Under the pieces are notes generated by a model. That model was given only the letters and a program-made list of their open reading frames with translations, was not told the origin of the DNA and searched no databases. Position numbers and translations under genes: made by a program. A stretch of DNA of 36,818 nucleotides, taken from NCBI GenBank assembly GCA_029004695.1, contig JAQVZB010000001.1, positions 1 to 36,818 on the forward strand, in the 5' to 3' direction. Source of the DNA: Bacilli bacterium. GTDB taxonomy: Bacteria; Bacillota_I; Bacilli_A; RF39; UBA660. Position 1 is the first letter of the stretch. Every line of letters starts with the position of its first letter. Shown here piece by piece: positions 1 through 8,066 of this stretch.

Positions 1-57
1 GGTTTAATCCTCGCAGGATTTTAAGTCCTGTGCGTCTACCTATTCCGCCACTCGGGC
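1..57 (-). tRNA. tRNA-Leu (anticodon UAA), 3' part cut off by the window edge
   Basis: The reverse complement of 1-57 reads GCCCGAG-TG-GCG-GAATAGGTAGA-CGC-A-CAGGA-CTTAAAA-TCCTG-CGAGGATTAAACC. This gives a 7-nt acceptor arm, a 3-bp D stem with a Leu-type D loop, and a 5-bp anticodon stem with loop CUUAAAA (anticodon UAA). A long variable arm typical of class II tRNA-Leu then begins. Confidence 0.85.
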
Positions 58-90
58 AGGCACTTTGTCTTAAATAATTAAGACTATTAG

Positions 91-119
91 AGTATAACCT
101 ATTTTTTTTAGTTTATCAA
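91..119 (-). promoter_or_regulatory. sigma-A-type promoter upstream of the tRNA-Leu
   Basis: On the minus strand, TTGATA (114-119) is followed by a 17-nt spacer and TATACT (91-96). This lies about 30 nt upstream of the tRNA 5' end. Confidence 0.45.
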
Positions 120-162
120 GACTTTTTAGTTTTTTTAAATTAAATTAACATGTTTTTTATTA

Positions 163-507
163 CTATTTATTTAATTCTTTTAACTTTTCTGCTGTCCAAT
201 CATTTAATTTTTCATATAAAGGTAAAAATCCCCTAATTGATTCTTTGACTAAAACTTTATCATCATTATATTTATAATTTATATTTTTGATTGATAATAT
301 TAATTGTTTATCCTTTTCATTAACATCTAAAACATATACATATATAACATCACCAATATTTACATATTTATTAGGATTAGTCACATATCCTTGAGTTATT
401 TCTGAAATATGAATTAAACCATTATATTCATTATCTAAACTAATAAATATTCCATAATCTTCAATTCCGCTTACTTTTCCCTTTACAATATCACCTTTTT
501 TATACAT
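163..507 (-). CDS. yugI: S1 RNA-binding domain protein, general stress protein 13 (YugI/CvfD-like)
   Basis: The N-terminus (GDIVKGKVSGIEDYGIFISL...GLIHISEI...GDVIYVYVLDVN...LILSIK) has the S1 OB-fold pattern. The C-terminal tail GFLPLYEKLNDW resembles the YugI tail as I remember it. A GAGGAG RBS lies 7 nt upstream of the ATG. Confidence 0.75.
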   Translation of the reverse strand: MYKKGDIVKGKVSGIEDYGIFISLDNEYNGLIHISEITQGYVTNPNKYVNIGDVIYVYVLDVNEKDKQLILSIKNINYKYNDDKVLVKESIRGFLPLYEKLNDWTAEKLKELNK

Positions 508-592
508 TTCAAAGCTCCTCTAATATTATTATAACATGTTATAGTCTTTACTAAATAATTAATTTTTTGTATAATTTAATTAGGTGATAAAA

Positions 593-817
593 ATGGAAAA
601 TAAAATTAAAGAAGTAATAGAAAAAATGAGACCTTATATGAATAGCCATGGTGGAAATATTGATTTTATTAAATATGAAGATAACGTGGTTTATATCAAG
701 TTAACCGGCTTATGTAGTTCATGTCCTCATCAAAATGAAACATTACAAAATGGTTTATTAAGAGCTCTTCAAGCAGAAGTTCCTGAAATTAAAGAACTTA
801 TTGCGGTAGATCTATAG
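593..817 (+). CDS. yutI: NifU C-terminal-domain (Nfu/YutI-like) Fe-S cluster protein
   Basis: The sequence HGGNIDFIKYEDNVVYIKLTGLCSSCPHQNETLQNGL carries the CxxC of the NifU-like domain. I prefer the ATG at 593 (RBS AGGTGA at 582-587) over the track's GTG at 584. Confidence 0.85.
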   Translation: MENKIKEVIEKMRPYMNSHGGNIDFIKYEDNVVYIKLTGLCSSCPHQNETLQNGLLRALQAEVPEIKELIAVDL

Positions 818-1688
818 TTCTTTTTCTTATCCAATTGATATTAACAATTGGATATTTTTTTTGTAATAAATTATAAATCTTTATGATTAGATTTTCAAAG
901 TCATAACATAGATTAATAACTAATATTAATTCAGCTTCATCTTTATCATTTAAAATAATTTCATCAAAAATATCAAAATAATAAGATGGATATAATAATC
1001 TAGCTAATAATAAATTAGCAGATGTTTCTGTGTAATTAAAACTATTTATATATTCTAAATAATATTCGTCTTCTTTTTTTTCACAATAAAAAGAGCTTTT
1101 TATATACTCAACTATATTTCTTACAAATGCATCAGATAACATATTACCGGGATTAAAATAATCACCTTTTTTAATTGGGACATTCATTCGATAGTGTTGG
1201 ATAATACTTTCATTTTCATTAATATTTTTATACTTATTAGCTATATAAATGGCATTTTCGGCTAGACCGATATAATAATAAATACTTTGTAAGATAATTT
1301 TTTTATCCTGAGCTAATTCATTTATTTGTATTTCATAATAATCAATTCTTTCGCTCCATAGTTTAGCCCAATTAACATCAGATTTACTAGGAATATATAT
1401 TTGTTCTTCAAACTTTAATACTTCTTTATCATCACCATTTATTTGAAAAAGAATATATTCTTTATTATCAAAATCACTTACGGGATTGTTATCCTTATTT
1501 AAGATAATAATATAAAATCCAATATTATTTTTCATTAATTTTTCATAAATGTCTAAAATATAATTTTTAGATAAAATTAATTCAATTAATAAAAATTTAT
1601 ATCCATTAATTGCAAAATAAAATCCATTATACATTTTATGCAATTCATTAGGATATAAATTGTAATAATAATTAATTATATTTTCCAT
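798..1688 (-). CDS. yutH: YutH-like spore coat protein (CotS/kinase-like fold, catalytic motif degenerate)
   Basis: The segments WAKLWSERIDYYE, YYYIGLAENAIYIA, IQHYRMN and LLLARLLYPSYYFDIFDE parallel my recollection of B. subtilis YutH. The gene is convergent with, and overlaps by 20 nt, the yutI-like gene. Confidence 0.6.
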   Translation of the reverse strand: MENIINYYYNLYPNELHKMYNGFYFAINGYKFLLIELILSKNYILDIYEKLMKNNIGFYIIILNKDNNPVSDFDNKEYILFQINGDDKEVLKFEEQIYIPSKSDVNWAKLWSERIDYYEIQINELAQDKKIILQSIYYYIGLAENAIYIANKYKNINENESIIQHYRMNVPIKKGDYFNPGNMLSDAFVRNIVEYIKSSFYCEKKEDEYYLEYINSFNYTETSANLLLARLLYPSYYFDIFDEIILNDKDEAELILVINLCYDFENLIIKIYNLLQKKYPIVNINWIRKRTIDLPQ

Positions 1689-1722
1689 ATTTAATAATAT
1701 GAAAAAAGCTTAAGTTTTATAC

Positions 1723-2361
1723 TTAAGCTGCTAGGCCTTTATTTTGTTCTGGTTCATCAAATATATTAGTTGAACCTGGATCAATACTAAATGGAGATAT
1801 TTCTTTTAAGTTTTCTGTAATTAATGGTACTTCACTATCATTAGTTAAGGTTTTTTCTACAATATTTTCGACTGGTTCAGCAATATTTTCGATTGGTTTT
1901 TCTACTTGAGGTGCTACATTACTAACAGTTTCTTCTTTAGATAATTGATATATATTAGATAATCTAATTACATCTTCTCCAATTGAATCAAGATCCCCTT
2001 GAATTTTGGTAATTTTATTTATAATTCCTAAAACATAATCATTCCCAATGTTATTTAAACTTTCTTCTTGTTGAATTTGAGTTTGATCGGTAATATTATT
2101 AACATTTTCCTCTTCTATTGAAACATCATTAGGTGTTACTTTCACTTCTTCCTCAATTTTTGGTTCTGAAAGTTCATTAGCTAGTAATTCAGCCGGAGTT
2201 GAAATATTAGGTTCAACTGATTGAATTGATTTTTCTTTAATAATTGCGTTTTGAAGATCATTATTTTTTATTGCTGATTCAAAACTCTCTTTAAATTTTA
2301 CTTTTTTAGCCTCATCTATTGCAATTACATTTGGCTCTTTAACATTTATAACATTTTCCAA
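1723..2361 (-). CDS. hypothetical acidic, low-complexity protein
   Basis: A 212-codon ORF with a TTG start 8 nt after a GGAGG that lies in the end of the upstream ORF, suggesting translational coupling. It is rich in E, N, I and P. I recognised no family. Confidence 0.5.
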   Translation of the reverse strand: MENVINVKEPNVIAIDEAKKVKFKESFESAIKNNDLQNAIIKEKSIQSVEPNISTPAELLANELSEPKIEEEVKVTPNDVSIEEENVNNITDQTQIQQEESLNNIGNDYVLGIINKITKIQGDLDSIGEDVIRLSNIYQLSKEETVSNVAPQVEKPIENIAEPVENIVEKTLTNDSEVPLITENLKEISPFSIDPGSTNIFDEPEQNKGLAA

Positions 2362-2362
2362 T

Positions 2363-2656
2363 TTATAAACCTCCTATATTAATATATCTTACATTCGAAT
2401 TATCATTACCAGTTAAAATAGATTTCATTACATTTTTTAAATTAGTCCATTCTTGTTCTGACATCTTTTCTCCAACACTAATAGGACTATTAGTATCCAT
2501 TATTTCCGCAACATACATTTTAATTAAGTTATTTTCAACAACTTCATTTTTAGTATAAAATATATATTTTTTCCCAATATTAATTAATTCAAAAGAACTA
2601 ATAAGTTCAGCCGGAATAATTTCACCACTAGACAATTTAACTTGAATGTTACTCAT
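2363..2656 (-). CDS. small conserved protein, possibly DUF1292-like
   Basis: A 97-aa ORF. Its pattern is a short beta N-terminus (IIPAELISSFELINIGKKYIFY), then LIKMYVAEI, then SEQEWTNLKNVM. This loosely matches DUF1292 (YrzB-type) proteins, but the assignment is weak. Confidence 0.4.
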   Translation of the reverse strand: MSNIQVKLSSGEIIPAELISSFELINIGKKYIFYTKNEVVENNLIKMYVAEIMDTNSPISVGEKMSEQEWTNLKNVMKSILTGNDNSNVRYINIGGL

Positions 2657-2702
2657 ATTATTACCTCACTATTCTATAACAAGCATATCATAAAAAAAAG
2701 GC

Positions 2703-2984
2703 TTATTCAACAACTTTTTCAATTATAAAATGTCTGCATTCATAAGCACAATTATCTTTTAAATAAGTTTCATGATTTTTAAAATTATTTATATCGGTAC
2801 AATTTTTATTTTCTGGTTTATAAAATCCTTTTAATCTTACTTTACCATATGACCAATCACCTAAAATGTAATCATAAGGATAAAAATATTCCGTATATTT
2901 TTCTTTTAAAGCTTCTAAATCAAAACCATCACGATAGTTTACTATTAGTTTATATTTATTATTATCTAATGTAATTCCTTGCAT
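2703..2984 (-). CDS. yutD: YutD-like protein (DUF1027)
   Basis: YDYILGDWSYGKVRLKGFY and the C-terminal CAYECRHFIIEK match the YutD signature (YDYIVGDWGYGQLRLKGF...CAYF) as I remember it. Confidence 0.8.
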   Translation of the reverse strand: MQGITLDNNKYKLIVNYRDGFDLEALKEKYTEYFYPYDYILGDWSYGKVRLKGFYKPENKNCTDINNFKNHETYLKDNCAYECRHFIIEKVVE

Positions 2985-2985
2985 A

Positions 2986-3786
2986 TTAACTCCTTAAAAA
3001 TGAAAATGCTATTACTAAACCCACCATTATTTCAGTCGCCATAATACTTAATAATACTATAGTATCTACAAATCCACTTCCGCTTGTTAATACAAGCTTT
3101 TTCGGATCAAATTTCGGTTTATCACCTTCATTATTTGTTTCTTCTTTTTCAATTTTTTCATTTATTTCATTTATTTTGATATTTGATAATTTTTTAACAT
3201 CATCAATTGATAATCCATATTTTTGGTAAATATCAGGCGATAATAATTCAGGTTGAATAGTTTCTAAACTAATATCTGCTTTTAATTGAAACCTTTTCCT
3301 TTTCCAAAGACCAGATATAAAAGTTTTATCTTCAACAATTAAATCTTGTAATTTAACTATATCTCCATCGGTTGGATCAAAAAAATTATTATATTTCTCG
3401 ATTTCTTTTTCCGTTATTTTGTGGAAATTGCTTTTAAGCAATACCATATTAATCATAATAGTTTCAATTTGGGTAAGTAATTTTGTTTTCGTTTCTTCAT
3501 GCAAGCTATTTAACCAACTATCATAATCTCTCATATATTTAATAAACATTTCCATTTCAGATTCTTTTAAACCATATAGTAAAAGATTTTTTTTAAAACT
3601 TTCTTCTTTTCCTAATTTAAAAGGATTTATAATATTTATTTCTCCATATACTGAAACAAGTACTTGGACAACAGAAAATTCGAAGATATGTATTTTATCA
3701 ATGGCTTTATCTTCGATATAATTTAAATAATTAATAATTCCATTATGAATTGCATTATTTATAAATACTTTCATGGTAATTACCAT
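2986..3786 (-). CDS. hypothetical protein with a C-terminal transmembrane anchor
   Basis: A 266-codon ORF whose last ~25 residues (VDTIVLLSIMATEIMVGLVIAFSF) are hydrophobic. An alternative ATG at 3774 is possible. No family recognised. Confidence 0.5.
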   Translation of the reverse strand: MVITMKVFINNAIHNGIINYLNYIEDKAIDKIHIFEFSVVQVLVSVYGEINIINPFKLGKEESFKKNLLLYGLKESEMEMFIKYMRDYDSWLNSLHEETKTKLLTQIETIMINMVLLKSNFHKITEKEIEKYNNFFDPTDGDIVKLQDLIVEDKTFISGLWKRKRFQLKADISLETIQPELLSPDIYQKYGLSIDDVKKLSNIKINEINEKIEKEETNNEGDKPKFDPKKLVLTSGSGFVDTIVLLSIMATEIMVGLVIAFSFLRS

Positions 3787-3826
3787 CCTATTATTAATAT
3801 ATCACAAAAATAAATAACATACCATA

Positions 3827-4543
3827 TTATTTTAAATTGATTACACTACTTTTACTTTCTAAAATACCATTATAAAATTCAGGTATTTTTCCTTGAATAA
3901 CTTTTGAAGCTACTAACATGTCAAATTTATATTCTATTTGTTCAGAACTAGCAGGATATAATAAGCTTTCCTTAATATATAACGTAATATATAAATTTAT
4001 TAGCAAACTATTAATACCATAACCGGTTACTTTAGTATAAAGATCTCCCCTTACATTTTCGAGTAAATTTATTTTAATATATATTTTAGGGCCTAAATTC
4101 ATTAATAATATATTATCAGACCAGGCATAATAAGGTACTTTTATTATTAAATTATCATTAATTGCTATAGCGGGTGAATGAAGTTTACCATTTTTTAAAT
4201 CTATTACTTCATTTTCAATTTGTTCTTTAATATTTAATATAACTTCATAACCTTTATCTAATTTAAAATCAATATGACTTATGACATCTTCTTTATCTTT
4301 ATTAATAACAATTAATTCTTCCATCGAAACTTTCATTAAGTTTTCTTTAGTTAAATATTTTATAACAATATTAGTAGTTATTTCTTTTAATTCTTTTTTG
4401 GCACTTTCTTCAATTACACTACTAAACTTAGTAATAAATATCATAAGAAAAGAGATTGTATTAATTACTATAGCTAAAATAATGACAAAAATAATTCGCT
4501 TTTTTTTTATATTAATTCTTTTTTTATATTTTACTCTCTTCAT
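3827..4543 (-). CDS. yunB: sporulation protein YunB
   Basis: It has a basic N-terminus plus a TM segment. NLGPKIYIKINLLENVRGDLYTKVTGYGINSLLINLYI...IQGKIPEFYNG parallels B. subtilis YunB (LGPKIPVRFNL...PYGINNALIDI...VQGEVPQFYNG). Confidence 0.85.
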   Translation of the reverse strand: MKRVKYKKRINIKKKRIIFVIILAIVINTISFLMIFITKFSSVIEESAKKELKEITTNIVIKYLTKENLMKVSMEELIVINKDKEDVISHIDFKLDKGYEVILNIKEQIENEVIDLKNGKLHSPAIAINDNLIIKVPYYAWSDNILLMNLGPKIYIKINLLENVRGDLYTKVTGYGINSLLINLYITLYIKESLLYPASSEQIEYKFDMLVASKVIQGKIPEFYNGILESKSSVINLK

Positions 4544-4573
4544 ATTTAAGTATATGACAAAAAAAGAGCTATA

Positions 4574-5326
4574 TTAAAATAGTTCTAAATTTAAATAATC
4601 ATTTAATAAAAATACTATTAAAGCAATAATTATAATAATAAAGATAAACACCAATAATTTTATTAAGATTGAATTTGATTTTATATCTTTTTGAATATCT
4701 TTAAAATCTTCATAATCTTTATCTTGAACTATCATATTACCTGTAAAAAAAGTACTTTCTGCAGTAACAGAATCAATTTGTTCGGTTTGATTTAAATTAA
4801 GTAAATCGGCAGCAGCATTTTTGACTTTTTCTTGATTTTCGATTTCTAATTGGGTAATTGTATTAATCAAAGCCATTAATTCATTTTCTTCATCATGTTT
4901 CTTAAAATCTGATTTCGAATTAATATTCAAATTTTCTAATATATCATTATTAGTATTATTAATTTTCTTTAACCTATCTTGTAAATAATCAACTGATTGT
5001 TCTGATTTAGCTTTAGCAATTATTTCATTAATATCATATTCTTTAGTATCAAATAAATCTTCTTCTTCTTTAACTTCTTCAGTTTCATAATCTAAAGCAA
5101 TTGATTTTCTTCTCGGCATATTATCTCGATATTTTTTATCAAGCATTTCTCTAATTTTATCTACATCAATATTTTTACTATCAGTTTTTAATATCGATAT
5201 ATTAGAGTTTAAATCTATCTTATTATAATCTTCAATTTCATTATTTTGGTATAAATCAGCTTTTAATTCCGTTCTTTTTTTATATTCAGGAGTATCAAAT
5301 TCATACTTATCCATACGAGAATTCAT
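4574..5326 (-). CDS. hypothetical tail-anchored membrane protein, acidic cytoplasmic part
   Basis: A 250-codon ORF with a hydrophobic C-terminal segment (ILIKLLVFIFIIIIIALIVFLL). No family recognised. Confidence 0.5.
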   Translation of the reverse strand: MNSRMDKYEFDTPEYKKRTELKADLYQNNEIEDYNKIDLNSNISILKTDSKNIDVDKIREMLDKKYRDNMPRRKSIALDYETEEVKEEEDLFDTKEYDINEIIAKAKSEQSVDYLQDRLKKINNTNNDILENLNINSKSDFKKHDEENELMALINTITQLEIENQEKVKNAAADLLNLNQTEQIDSVTAESTFFTGNMIVQDKDYEDFKDIQKDIKSNSILIKLLVFIFIIIIIALIVFLLNDYLNLELF

Positions 5327-5425
5327 AATATCACCACTTTAAATTATAATATCATAAAATGTAAACAAATGGAATATATCTTGATTTCTTTACATAAAAG
5401 TCGTTATAATATTTATGGAGGATTT

Positions 5426-5608
5426 ATGAAGAAAGTTGAAATAATAAAAGACTCTTGTATTTCTTGTGGATTATGTATCCAAATGAATAATGAAGTTTTT
5501 AATTATGATGATAATGGCAAAAGTGATATTGTTAAACAAATAGTTAATGATGAAGTCATTAACATTGCAAGTATGTGTCCTACTGGAGCAATAATTATAA
5601 CTGAATAA
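5426..5608 (+). CDS. fer: small 4Fe-4S ferredoxin
   Basis: CISCGLC...CP cluster ligands in a 60-aa protein. I prefer the ATG at 5426 (GGAGG RBS at 5417-5421) over the track's upstream ATG at 5369. Confidence 0.85.
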   Translation: MKKVEIIKDSCISCGLCIQMNNEVFNYDDNGKSDIVKQIVNDEVINIASMCPTGAIIITE

Positions 5609-5618
5609 TAAAAAAAGA

Positions 5619-5869
5619 ATTAAATGAAGTGAACCCTATTTTTAACACTTTAATAAAAAAGAACTTTATTGTAAAATAACATCTCATGAAAGTGAGGTGT
5701 TATTTTTATGGTTTCAAGTGAACAAAAATTTAATAAATATAATAATGAATTTAAAAACAAAACTGTTGAAGAATATTTAAGCGACAATTTTTGTAGAAGT
5801 AAAATTTTATCAAAAAAGTATAATGTTTTATTTCATAGAGTGAACTATTTATGGTTCACTTCATTTAAT
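5619..5869. mobile_element. IS3-family-derived miniature element (internally deleted IS or MITE) bounded by perfect 17-bp inverted repeats
   Basis: ATTAAATGAAGTGAACC at 5619-5635 is the exact reverse complement of 5853-5869. The TG...CA termini sit at 5625 and 5863. The internal 56-codon ORF (5708-5878, RBS GTGAGGTG) begins MVSSEQKFNKYNNEFKNKTVEEYLSDNFCRSKILSKKYNV. This looks like the HTH N-terminus of IS3-family OrfA and then runs into the right repeat. Confidence 0.55.
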
Positions 5870-5874
5870 CATTT

Positions 5875-6384
5875 TTAATTTTCTTCTAAATAATTAGCAC
5901 TTTTATGAGGTTCTTCAAATAACAAATTAGGATAATTTTGTTGCTTTAAAGCTTCATAAACCATTATTGCAACACAATTAGATAGGTTTAAAGCTCTAAC
6001 TTTATCAGTAGTAGGAATTCTAAGACATTTATCGAGAAAAGGTCGTAATATTTCTTTAGGAATACCAGTTGTTTCTTTGCCAAAAATAAAATAGATATTA
6101 TCTTCTTTATTACTATAATCAAAACTAGTATGTGGTTTTTTCCCATACCTAGTTAAAAAATAATACTTCCCTTTATTCTGATTAAAAAAGTCATCAATAT
6201 TTTCATAAAGATTATAAGAACAATCTTTAATATAATTAACACCACTTCTTTTAATACTTTTTTCATCTAAATTAAAACCTAATGGTTTAATCAAATGAAG
6301 CTTTGCATTAGTTGCAACACAAGTTCTCATTATATTTCCAGTATTTCCAGGTATAAGTGGTTCATGGAGAACAATATTTATCAT
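5875..6384 (-). CDS. trmL: tRNA (cytidine/uridine-2'-O-)-methyltransferase TrmL (SpoU/TrmH family)
   Basis: IVLHEPLIPGNTGNIMRTCVATNAKLHLIKPLGF, FIFGKETTGIP and IPT...RALNLSNCVAIMVYEALKQ are the TrmL/YibK knot motifs. The 169-aa length also fits. Confidence 0.9.
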   Translation of the reverse strand: MINIVLHEPLIPGNTGNIMRTCVATNAKLHLIKPLGFNLDEKSIKRSGVNYIKDCSYNLYENIDDFFNQNKGKYYFLTRYGKKPHTSFDYSNKEDNIYFIFGKETTGIPKEILRPFLDKCLRIPTTDKVRALNLSNCVAIMVYEALKQQNYPNLLFEEPHKSANYLEEN

Positions 6385-6884
6385 GTTTCACTAATTATTT
6401 CATATTTTTCTAATAATTGAACAAATCTACCGATATCAATTTGTGAATTTTTACTATCTATTAAATCGATTACTTTATTATCTTTAAAATAAATTATAGC
6501 CGGCACATTAGTAATTTTAATTTCCTTTAAGCCTAGAATTTTATTTAATTTATCAATATAATTTTCATCTTCCATTAAATCGTTAATATTTAAATAAACC
6601 ATATTATCAATCAAATCATTATCTCTTAAAACTTTTTTTAGCTTTACTTCTAGATCTCTAATATTTGAATCACCGGTATAACTAATGTATAAAAAAGTAT
6701 CACTACTAAATTCAAGCATCGCATTTTGAACTTCGTTATATTTTATATTAGCAACATGTTTAGAGATATAACTATTATTTATTTGATTTTCTAAATAATG
6801 TCGATAAAGATTACTAGCTGCAATAGTGATTAAAATTATTCCCAATAATAATAAAAATAATTGGATATATTTTTTTTTGTTCAT
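6381..6884 (-). CDS. membrane-anchored thioredoxin-fold-like protein without CxxC (function unknown)
   Basis: There is an N-terminal TM segment. The pattern FLYISYTGDSN...VPAIIYFKDNKV resembles a thioredoxin-like fold, but no CxxC is present. The ORF overlaps trmL by 4 nt (ATGA). Confidence 0.45.
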   Translation of the reverse strand: MNKKKYIQLFLLLLGIILITIAASNLYRHYLENQINNSYISKHVANIKYNEVQNAMLEFSSDTFLYISYTGDSNIRDLEVKLKKVLRDNDLIDNMVYLNINDLMEDENYIDKLNKILGLKEIKITNVPAIIYFKDNKVIDLIDSKNSQIDIGRFVQLLEKYEIISET

Positions 6885-6955
6885 TATTTTTCACTCTTCC
6901 TTTACTATTAAAGTATATCATATTATAAAATAAAAATGAAGAAATTTATTCTTCA

Positions 6956-7513
6956 TTAATATCCCATTTTCTTATATTTATCGTGTAATTCTTTAAATCG
7001 AGCAAAGTGAACAATTTCTCTTTGTCTTAAAAATAATAATGGATTAATTAAATCAGGATCTTCGGTCATATCAATTAAATTTTCATAAGTTGATCTTGCT
7101 TTTTCTTCAGCAGCCATATCTTCAGCTAGATCTGTAATGGGATCTCCCGTTGATTGTAAAGAACCTGCATTAAATGGGATCCCAAAACTATCACTAGGAT
7201 ATATACCTTTACCATGCTCAACATAATTTGCAGTTAAACCATGTTGCTGTAATTCATCTAAAGAAACATCTTTTAATAATTGATAAACCATAGTACATAT
7301 CATTTCACAATGTCCCATTTCTTCAGTTGCAATATCATTTAATAAAGCAGCTCCTTCTGGGGTTGGCATATTAAATTTATGACAGAAATATCTTAAAAAA
7401 GCTCCTAATTCACCATTTGGACCTCCAAATTGAGTAATAATTAATTTAGCCATTTTAATATCTTTTTTCTTTACATCAACTGGATATGGTAATTTCTTAT
7501 CATATTTATACAT
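6956..7513 (-). CDS. cotJC: spore coat protein CotJC (manganese-catalase family)
   Basis: PYPVDVKKKDIKMAKLIITQFGGPNGELGAFLRYF...EEMGHCEMI...REIVHFARF is a diagnostic CotJC/Mn-catalase pattern. GAGGT RBS. The ORF overlaps the upstream cotJ ORF by 8 nt. Confidence 0.93.
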   Translation of the reverse strand: MYKYDKKLPYPVDVKKKDIKMAKLIITQFGGPNGELGAFLRYFCHKFNMPTPEGAALLNDIATEEMGHCEMICTMVYQLLKDVSLDELQQHGLTANYVEHGKGIYPSDSFGIPFNAGSLQSTGDPITDLAEDMAAEEKARSTYENLIDMTEDPDLINPLLFLRQREIVHFARFKELHDKYKKMGY

Positions 7514-7916
7514 CTTTTACCTCCCATGGCCATGGTTTTTTATACCATGTAAAATTTTGACCTACATCATGACATAAATCTAATACATCATAATTTTCTG
7601 AATATGTTTTAGTTAGATTTTCTAATTCCGATATATAACTTTTAAATAATTGAAATGCTTCTTGATCTTCAGGATATATATCTAAATATAGATTTAAATC
7701 ATTAACTGCTAAACATAATGACTGAATTCTTAATAATAAACAACCTTTTTGACTATCAGATTTTAATTCTCTAGGCTGATAATTTTTATAAGGACTATAT
7801 AAATCATAAAATAAATTACCAATTGTTAACCCTTCAATCGGGGTTAAAATCCCATTATCTTTCTTCAAATTAAAGTAATCTTTTAATAAAAATTCATCTA
7901 TATATTCTTTGTACAT
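7506..7916 (-). CDS. cotJB: fused CotJA-CotJB spore coat protein
   Basis: The C-terminal part (LCLAVNDLNLYLDIYPEDQEAFQLF...KPWPWE) is CotJB. The N-terminal ~50 aa (PIEGLTIGNLFYDLYSPYKNYQP) carry the CotJA motif (eaL..GT.Fp.L..PY). GGAGGAG RBS. Confidence 0.8.
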   Translation of the reverse strand: MYKEYIDEFLLKDYFNLKKDNGILTPIEGLTIGNLFYDLYSPYKNYQPRELKSDSQKGCLLLRIQSLCLAVNDLNLYLDIYPEDQEAFQLFKSYISELENLTKTYSENYDVLDLCHDVGQNFTWYKKPWPWEVKDV

Positions 7917-7942
7917 TTTATCTCCTCCATTTTATAATATGT

Positions 7943-7970
7943 AAAACGCCCTTTTAGATAAGGGCGTTTT
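7943..7970. promoter_or_regulatory. GC-rich perfect hairpin in the divergent cotJ/UPF0316 intergenic region
   Basis: AAAACGCCCTT (7943-7953) pairs perfectly with AAGGGCGTTTT (7960-7970) around a 6-nt loop. It has terminator shape on both strands and lies only ~25 nt upstream of the cotJ RBS. Confidence 0.4.
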
Positions 7971-8066
7971 CATTATTTAATATTTCATTTTATATTTAAT
8001 ATTTTTATTCTTTTTTAATTTTACTTATTATAAGATAAATGATATTATAATATCGGTGATATCGAT

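Noticed and set aside
4281-4577. 98-aa plus-strand ORF
   Set aside because: It lies entirely antisense to the well-supported yunB-like gene. It has no RBS and is a low-complexity I/L/F/S translation typical of the reverse frame of AT-rich coding DNA.
5369-5425. N-terminal extensions proposed by the ORF track for fer (5369), nifU-like (584), the 180-aa protein (21941) and the GLUG protein (25610)
   Set aside because: In each case a downstream in-frame ATG has a properly spaced GGAGG/AGGTGA/AAAGGA RBS, whereas the upstream start has none or overlaps the RBS itself. The shorter forms also match expected family N-termini.
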